DNA of 64,000 nucleotides from the human T2T-CHM13v2.0 reference genome, Homo sapiens, in assembly GCF_009914755.1 (NCBI RefSeq), contig NC_060947.1, one strand, 5' to 3'. Shown here one piece after another: positions 55,223 through 64,000 of the stretch; position 1 is the stretch's first letter; every line of letters begins with the position of its first letter. A program made the position numbers and the translations under genes. The notes under the pieces were generated by a model. That model worked only from the letters and a program-made list of their open reading frames with translations, ran no database searches and was not told the DNA's origin.

Positions 55223-55916
55223 TGTAACCACCTGAGGGGTTCTTTCTGCCCACTGCGTAAAGACCACTGCATTGTGTAGAGAAAGAGTTTAACAGACATG
55301 AGGCCAGCCACGCTAAGTGGAAGACGGAGTTCCTAGCCAAATCATCTCGTCCAAAGCTCTTAGGTTAGGGGTTTTTCAAAGGCAGTTTGGGGGAAGGGGT
55401 GGGGGTGGCCAGGTAACAGGCGCTTGCTGCTGATTGGTTGGGGCGGAGATGAACTCATAGGGTATCCAAGCTGTCCTACTGTGGGTTGAATCACTTCTGG
55501 ATGGGGCTACAGGAGCAGGGTTGGCAGTCCAGGTGGAGCCATCAGGGTCCAGGTAGAGCCGTGGGCGTCAGACATGCAAAAAACCTGGAACGCTACCTCA
55601 AAAGGCCAATCTACAATAGTGGTGTTATTTGCAGGAGTGATTGGGAATAATAGCTGAAAACTACTTATGTCTGCACCTTCGCAGGACTCTTCTCCTCTGC
55701 CCAGCCTAATGGCCTCCATTAGCTTTATAAAAGCGGTTGAGTTTGGGGACAAGGCCTATTATCATTTAAACTATAGCTTCAATGTCTTCCAAAGTTAGCT
55801 TGGCCCGATAGCTCAGGAATAATTAAGGGGAAGGCAAGATAGGGGGTGGGTTAGCTTAGCTTACTGTTAAAATATTTTCTCACTGATACGATTTTCGCAA
55901 AGGTGGTTTGGTTACA
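55223..55916 (-). mobile_element. ERV1 solo LTR, LTR8 family
   Basis: tgtaaccacctgaggggttc...atcatttaaactatag...ttttcgcaaaggtggtttggttaca; flanks ctgc/ctac; paralogous to 24997-25633. Confidence 0.85.
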
Positions 55917-56846
55917 CTACAACTACTTGTACTGAAGTGGAAATAACTTTTATTGAGTTTGTGGTGCGTATCAGTTCTCTTTTTAAGGGCTTCACCTGTA
56001 ACAACCCATTTCATCTTTGTAAGGATCCTATGGGTTAGGTCTTATTACTGTTCCAATATTGTGAATGAGTTAAGTGGTGCTATATTGTATAGACCTGTGT
56101 TTGTGTATTACTACTTGTTCTTGCTGTCACACATTTCATGTTCCTCTGCTCTTTTCAACTGCTTGTTCTGTAGACTTGGAGAGCCAGCATCCGACATAAA
56201 AATGATAGTCTTATAGAGTTTGTTAATCAGCTCTCAACACTGTGTAAGAATAGACCCCTGGATCGGCTTCTGTGATTGCATTTTGCCGGATATACTAACT
56301 AAATTCCCCCAAATTTGGTTTATACCCTGAATGGACTAATTTGCACTATTAAAAATCATGTGATAGAAGAATTTTTAGTGGTATGATGAAATTAAAGTGA
56401 TATACATTGTAAATTTTAAAAGTGCCAATTCCACATCCAAAATAAAATACAATCTTTATTTTGGGAAACAAACCATGCACTGTACATGTGTTTATCTTTA
56501 TGGGCAATTTTTTAATCTATAATTTTTTAAATTCGCTCAATATTTGAAGAGGAACATGTATTTTCACTATGTTTTCACATTCTTTGCAGGACACTGAAAA
56601 CTCAGCGAGACCCTGACTGGAATATTAAAAAGAGGCCCTCCTCACTGTGTTTGACTCATTGCTACTGTTACTGGAAAGAGGCCCGAATTCAGACCCCAAA
56701 ACAGGGCTCTTGGATCTCGTGCAAGAAAAAATTGGGGGTAAGTCCACAGAGTAAAGTAAAAGCAATTATTAAGAAAGTAAAGGAATAAAAGAATGTCTAC
56801 TCCATAGGCAGAGCAGTGCCTTGAGCTGCTGGACTAAGGATATTTA

Positions 56847-57190
56847 TGAAACAGTCAGGTGGGAGGGGCTCCCTAGAGAAACTCCAACCAGGTTGCCCAC
56901 TGATGGGCTCCGAGGTGGATGGAGCCTGGGGAAGTTCACAAGTTTGCAGCAGGGAGGAGCCTGGCTCCTCCTCTTCCTGTGTGAAACCTGGGATTCAAGC
57001 TGCAGGCGGGAAGGGCTCTAGCAGGGACTCTGGCTTTTTGGAGGATCCCTGTTTTCCCCTTTTTTTCCTTTTTCACCCAATAAAACCCTGCTTCACTCAC
57101 GCTTCAAACCATGTGCAAGCTTAAATTTTGGTAGCCATGGGATGCACAAGGACCCCATCTTTAGCTGAACTGAGGAAAAGTCCTGCAACA
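56847..57190 (+). mobile_element. MER61-like ERV1 solo LTR nested in MER41
   Basis: tgaaacagtcaggtgggagggg...agaaactccaacc...cccaataaaaccctg...aggaaaagtcctgcaaca; flanks ttta/ctta. Confidence 0.82.
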
Positions 57191-57244
57191 CTTATAGTTA
57201 TTTCTTGCTCATATGCCAAACAAGAAGTGGATTCTTCATAAATT

Positions 57245-57253
57245 TTCCAGGAA
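57245..57253. promoter_or_regulatory. GAS (STAT) motif in MER41 (function untested)
   Basis: TTCCAGGAA fits TTCN3GAA; the neighbouring site at 57266-57274 is degenerate (TTTCTGGAA). Confidence 0.5.
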
Positions 57254-57951
57254 AGGGGTGGGCAATTTCTGGAACTGAGGGTTCCTCCCCTTTTTAGACC
57301 ATATAGAGTAACTTCCTGATGTTGCCATGGCACCTGTAAACTGTCATGGCACTGCTGAGAGTGTCTTTTAGCATGCTAATGCATTGCAATTTGCATATAA
57401 TGAGCTGTGAGGATGACCAGAGGTCACTGTCATTGCCGTCTTGGTTTTGGTGGGTTTTGGCCAGCTTCCTTACCACATCCTGTTTTATAAGCAAGGTCTT
57501 TGACCTGTATCTTGTGCTGACCTCTTATCTCATCCTGCGACTTAGAATGCCTAACCTCCTCATAATGCAGCCAAGTAAATCTCAGCCTTATTTTACCCAG
57601 CCCCGATGTAAGATGGAGTTGCTCTGGTTCAAATGCCTCTGACACTACGAATTCATTGTAATTTCTCCTGCAGATGCTTTCCAATACTGACAACTGTGCA
57701 TGAATACTTCCTTTCATATTAGAAAAACAGATTACAAAGTCAATAGAATTTTCTGGGATTTTTTTGATTGTTTTTGTCTTATCCAGATGAATTGCTTTAT
57801 TTTCATTTCACTCATATTGATTTGGTTTCAGTTAAAATAAAAATATTATTTCAAAGTTATTGGAGAGCAGTCCTTTTAGAAACAAACAAAAAAAGATTTA
57901 TTCCACTTGCATGCATTGTTTTTTTTAGCTAGAGGTTTTTAATCTCATTCT

Positions 57952-58235
57952 GGCCAGGCATGGTGGCCCATGCCTGTAATCCCGGCACTTTAGGAGCCCA
58001 AGTCAGGAGGACTGCTTGAGGCCATGAGTTCAAGACCAGCCTGGGCAACCTAGTGAGACCCCATCTCTGCAAAATAACTTAAAAATATAGCCTGGAGTTG
58101 TGCACACCTGTAGTCTCAACTACTCAGGATGCTGAGTGGGAGGATCGCTTGAGCCCAGGAGGTCAAAGCTTTGGTGATCCATGATCATACCACTGCACTC
58201 CTAACTGAGCAACAGAGCAAGACCCCATCTGTAAT
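57952..58235 (+). mobile_element. AluJ
   Basis: Dimeric Alu with gggaggatcgcttgagcccaggaggtc; eroded tail. Confidence 0.92.
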
Positions 58236-58969
58236 AATCATGATATAATTCTGTTATTGTTGTTTGCCTCTTATTACCCACTAGTTTTGTGATGTATTTT
58301 TACTTAATCTGCTTATTTATAAACATTTTACCTGTAGCACTAGAATAAATAGGTTCTGCCACATTTGTAAATTTCCAGATATAATTTTAAATAGGAATTT
58401 TAGTTTTAGAAGAAAAACAAAACCAAAATAATGCTAACCTGTCTTTTTTTCAGAACGGTGTATGTACACATTTTCAAGAATTAGTAAAAAGTCAGTTTGC
58501 CTCTCAAATACCACAAGTACACATCTAAATTTATCTTGAGAATCTCTACCACTATTTTTGTTTAAATTTAATTAAATCATAAAGAGCACTGTTTGCATGA
58601 ATCTTTGTATGAAACTGCTCTACAATACCACCGAAGAGAAATTTTAAAGTAAGTACAACCCTGAAATCCAGAGGAAAAAATCATTTGGCTTTAAAGCAAA
58701 ACACTTTTATTTAAGCTGACAAAACACACACATACACACACACACACACAAAATGTCAGTGATACCTGTGATTGAAGCCACTAATATTTTAGAAAACCAA
58801 ATTCCTTCATCTTTCAAAACTATTGGTTTCAAAGAGATCCGCATACAGAGAGTTATACAACTGCGGGCTTTGAGTTTGGCTGTGAGCTCTTGAAACTGTT
58901 CATAGGGTTTCTAAAACTGTGACGATCTTCCTGTCTTCTCTTTTTCTTTTATATCCTGTTTCTAATTTG

Positions 58970-60270
58970 TTTGATGGATCTTTTTGACCAAACCTTCAAA
59001 ATATATCCAGAGGCAGATACTACTTCTGAGAAAACACCACAGCTCCTCCTACTCAGAACCATCCTTTTTCTTCCCTGTGAATTTACGCAAACATCCTTGA
59101 TCCTTACTCTTGGGCACACTTCCAACACTCTCCACCCATTCAGCAGAGGATAAGTCCTTTGCACAATGCTCTCCAATAGTCCCCCAACTCAGTCAGCATC
59201 AAAACTTTAAGATATCTGGCACCATCTCACATTGAGTCCTTACCTCAGATTTCCCTTGCTTCTCTGCCTTCCAGCCAGAAGTTACCTTGCTTTGCAGGAG
59301 GCTCCAGGTTCACTCTACTTTGAGGTATCCTCACTGGATGTTCCCCTTATGGAACCCTAAATTCAGGCTCATGCAGCTACAGCCAAGCACTGAGACATTG
59401 ATGCTTGGAGATCAAACAAGATTTATTCAATTTGGTCAAAGCAAGAAGTTGGGAGAGCAAGATGTCTCAAATCCATCTTAACAAAAAGAGGAAGCAGTGA
59501 GTTTTTAGGTAGCTAAGGAGTAAGGGAGAGGCAGTTTCAGGGAAGTGAGGGGGAAAAGTCTGCGTTTCTTTATTCTCAGGTAACATCTTGAGCAACCAGA
59601 TTCCTGGGTATCAGCAGCTGGTCGCAACGTCCTTCAAGGCATTCATTCCTTCTGCAAATTTTTTCATGACCCTCAAGTGACCTTCTCCTGCTTGACAAAG
59701 AAACAGTACATCAGCAGTTTATCGTTGTATTGCAGGAACAAGGGATGATGGGCAAAAACTGAGTAGTTAACTTGTGCAAGCAAGCAAGAGCTGAAGCAGA
59801 ATTGTCATGATTCCAGTCACTAAAAATGCTAGGTATAGAAATCCTAAGGGGACTGGTTTCATTTCCACTGCAGTGGAGAAGGCTTTTTTCTCAGGTCTCT
59901 CTCTCTGTTGCTCACTGTCTTATCTCTGTCAAGTCTTTGTTCATGTGCTGGCATCGCTGTGATACATTCCTTTGATACCTTTTGATCTTGGTTAAAATTG
60001 CATCACATAACCTCCACCCTCACCATCACCCGCCCCCCGACCCCCCCACCACCCGGAGCCAACCTGGTCTACACTAACCATTTTATAACATTTGTCATCT
60101 TATAAAATACTACTTAGTTCGTATGATATATTTGCCATTGTGTGTCTCTTCTACTAAAGCATAAATCCCTCAAAGGTAGGGATCTCCCTTTGTTTTGTTC
60201 GATGCCAACATATTCTCAGTACCCTTCCTGGGATATTCATTGCTCATAAAATAAATACTGAATAAATCAA
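58970..60270 (+). mobile_element. L2 3' region split by an LTR
   Basis: accttcaaaatatatccaga...ctccacccattcagcagagga...ttgttttgttc...aataaatactgaataaat. Confidence 0.7.
59349..59860 (-). mobile_element. ERV-type solo LTR, family not identified
   Basis: U5-like actgagacattgatgcttggaga...gatttatt (reverse poly-A signal) and terminal ggtttca; interrupts L2. Confidence 0.55.
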
Positions 60271-60315
60271 CTAGTACATGCACAAATGCACAAAAATGTC
60301 TACAGCTTTTCTTAG

Positions 60316-61063
60316 TGAGATGGGAGAGTTCCCTGACCCCCTCACAGGACTTGCGACAGGATTGTGACTTGCTTACTCTGCCACTGCATATTCAAACCCT
60401 TTACAGGTGGGAGAGCATGCAGGTGAGCAGGTGCAGGAGCCAGGGTGAGTGCATCTGGGCTCTGGCTCCATGACGGTGCCTAGGGGTGTTACAGTGTTCC
60501 TTTAGCCCTGCTGCCTGGGGATGGCTTAAGTGTTAAACAGCTCAGTGAAAAGTTAGTGTGACAACCCTTTTGGGTTCCTGTACCCAGTTGGTCCTGAATT
60601 CTTGTCTGGTGTCCAGGAAGAATGAGGTTACTTGGATTTGAAGGATGGTGAATGTGGGGATTTTATTTGGTGATGGAAGTGACTCTCAGTGGGATGGGGA
60701 GCTGGAGAGGGGATGGAGTGGGAAAACGATCTTTCCCCTGGAGTTCGTCTGTACCATGGCCAATTTCCTCTCCAACTGCCTCCAGCCAAACTCCTGTCGA
60801 TGTTCAGATGCTTCCTCTATTCTCTCCTTGTCTGCTGCGCCACTTTGTTACTCTTCCACTCTGCTGCTCTTCTGCCTATGGAGCCTGGGGCTTGGGGTTT
60901 ATATGGATAAAGGATGGGGACATGGTGGGCCAGAGTGGTCTTGGAAGAGGCAACATTTGGGCGTGGAAATAAGAATATCTGTTTCCATTTAGGGCCACAG
61001 GTTTCCAGGCTTGAGGGTGAGGCCTTTGTGGGGGAATTTTCTCCTGCCCCGCCGTCTGTATCA
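60316..61063 (-). mobile_element. ERV1 solo LTR of the LTR1/LTR27/LTR28 group
   Basis: tgagatgggagagttccctgacccc...tttagggccacaggtttccaggcttgagggtg...ctgtatca; perfect TSD TTAG. Confidence 0.85.
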
Positions 61064-61164
61064 TTAGGAGAAATTTAACTCAACTTCACATAGTAACTAT
61101 GTGGGATAACTGCAAAGTTTTTTTTTCTCCTACAACCTGATTACTAAAATAGCTACTGTCTCTC

Positions 61165-61723
61165 TGTTACTGAAATGCCAGGGGTTCAGTCTAGGTCCTC
61201 CTGCTTGCCACACAGAAAGGCAATCATTGAGACAATGAGTACTGCCATGGAAGAAGACTTAAATCAGGTGCTGCAGTCGAGGAAATGGAAGATGAGTCTG
61301 AAATCTATCTCCCTAACTGACTCAACTTAGGGGTCATATATAATAGCAGGGAAGAAATGTAACTGTGTGTGAGAAAACAGGAATTAGGGAGGGGTAAGGA
61401 AGAGGAGTATTCAACAGGAGGTAGGTGATTGGTTAAGAAATCGGGAATTAGGGAGTGGTAAGAAAGCAATCATGAAGAATGAGGGGTCTGGCATCTCATT
61501 GTCTGGATGTGGTAACCTGTTGAGGTTTTGTTCTTTGATAATTTTTGAGAGCCCTGAGGGTCATTTCCTGAGGAAGGAACTCAGATAAAACAAATGTAAG
61601 GTTCAAGTTGCTTTAAGACTAGAAGTGCCCATTTCTATATGTATCAAAAACAAAAACAAAAACAAACCCACACAAAAACCAAACAACAAAACAATTGTCT
61701 ATGGGACTATTGGGTTGGTATCA
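61165..61723 (-). mobile_element. MER66-like ERV1 solo LTR
   Basis: tgttactgaaatgccaggggttcagtctaggtcct...ctgaggaaggaactcagataaaacaaatgtaag...tgtctatgggactattgggttggtatca. Confidence 0.82.
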
Positions 61724-62019
61724 ATTGATTAAAACATTTTGCAGGATTTTGTAAATTTGTGAAAGTATTTTGGATAGTTGTGCATTAAAGCCCTTCAAGA
61801 TGTTCCAGTTGATGAGGGAGAGAAGAAGGTATTTCATGGAGACAAAAGATTGGTACAAAGGCAGTAAGTAGCTGGGAGCTGGAGAAAAACACAAAAGCAG
61901 ACATCAAAAGGCACTACACGCAAGTGCCCATTTGGAAGTAGATTTAAAAAATGAAGAAGAATCCTTATAAGTTAAGTTATAATGGAAGAAAAAAAATTCC
62001 TGTGTCAGGAAAGATGCAA

Positions 62020-62155
62020 TTCATTTATCATTCATTCCTTATTCCTTCCTAAATTCATTTCTTAAATTTTTTTTGAGCACGTACTGCATGGGTCTGTGGA
62101 GTATTCTAGGTGTAGGGAGTAAAGTAGACATGCAAGCTGTTTTGGTCTGCTCAAA
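62020..62155 (-). mobile_element. L2 3' end
   Basis: ttcattcc...tttttgagcacgtact...tattctaggtgtaggga. Confidence 0.6.
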
Positions 62156-62265
62156 CTTCCTTGACATGAGACAAACAGCACATCGAGAGCTCAGTGACAC
62201 TGCTGTGTCTCTGCCTGAAGGGTTTGCATTCTTCAACTTGATAACTGAGTACAAGATCCCTGCTA

Positions 62266-63470
<1,205 letters not shown>

Positions 63471-63888
63471 GAGAAAGTGTAAATAACACAGCGTTCAGCC
63501 CTCATGATACTAAAATCAGTCTAATGGGCAAAGATTTGGAGGCAGGTAAAGATTTATTTGGCATTGTTTTTTCCCCTTGGTTATCTGACAGAGTGCTCTA
63601 TTTCAGAACCCACAGGTAGGGATAAGGATCTGAATGCAGTGTATTTTGGGCATTTTTTGTCTTCAGTATTAGAGGAGTAACTAATCAGCAGCTAGGAAGG
63701 ATATAGTGTAGTGCAAAGTGACCCTACAAACATGAGGTGGAATGTGCATGTAAGGAAAATTTGGAAATTGCTTCTAACATCTCTTTTGGAAGTTGTTTTT
63801 CACCAGTTGGTTTTCTACTTTAGCTATATGCTTAGATCACTGAGTAGGTGGCTGTCCACTCGTAAACAGCATAGTATGTTAAAATAAT

Positions 63889-64000
63889 TCCAGCCTGGGC
63901 AACAGGGCAAAACCCTGTCTCTATTAAAAATGCAGACAATTAGACAGATGTGGTGGCGCATGCCTGTAATCCCAGCTACTCTGGAAGCTGAGGTGGGAGG
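63889..64000 (+). mobile_element. 5'-truncated Alu (J-like), runs off the window
   Basis: ccagcctgggcaacagggcaaaaccctgtctct...tgcctgtaatcccagctactctggaagctgaggtgggagg. Confidence 0.9.

Larger units (their letters stand above)
56666..57644 (-). mobile_element. MER41 (B-like) solo LTR split by a MER61-like LTR
   Basis: tgttactggaaagagg...aagatggagttgctctggttcaaatgcctctgaca; perfect TSD CTAC. Confidence 0.92.

Overview
Primate, very probably human, AT-rich non-coding DNA (intergenic or deep intronic). Roughly half of it is recognisable interspersed repeat: about 16 Alu/FRAM copies, several L1 and L2 fragments, MIRs, about 20 LTR pieces (MaLR THE1/MST/MLT1, MLT2 and ERV1 solo LTRs such as MER4, MER39, MER41, MER51, MER61, MER66 and LTR8), DNA-transposon relics (MER33, MER5 and one complete piggyBac-derived MER85) and simple repeats. 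I find no credible protein-coding gene, rRNA, tRNA or CRISPR array; the long ORFs in the track come from repeats. I cannot support a novel biological system. The best leads are an intact MER85 with its CSB-PGBD3 binding palindrome, recurrent nested inverted-repeat scars resembling template-switch repair, a perfect DR1 nuclear-receptor element, a MER41 LTR keeping one GAS site, and an LTR-dense block (48-62 kb) holding the parts of a possible LTR-driven spliced + strand transcript. Repeat subfamily names are from recalled consensus sequences and need RepeatMasker/Dfam confirmation. Coordinates of old repeats are approximate.
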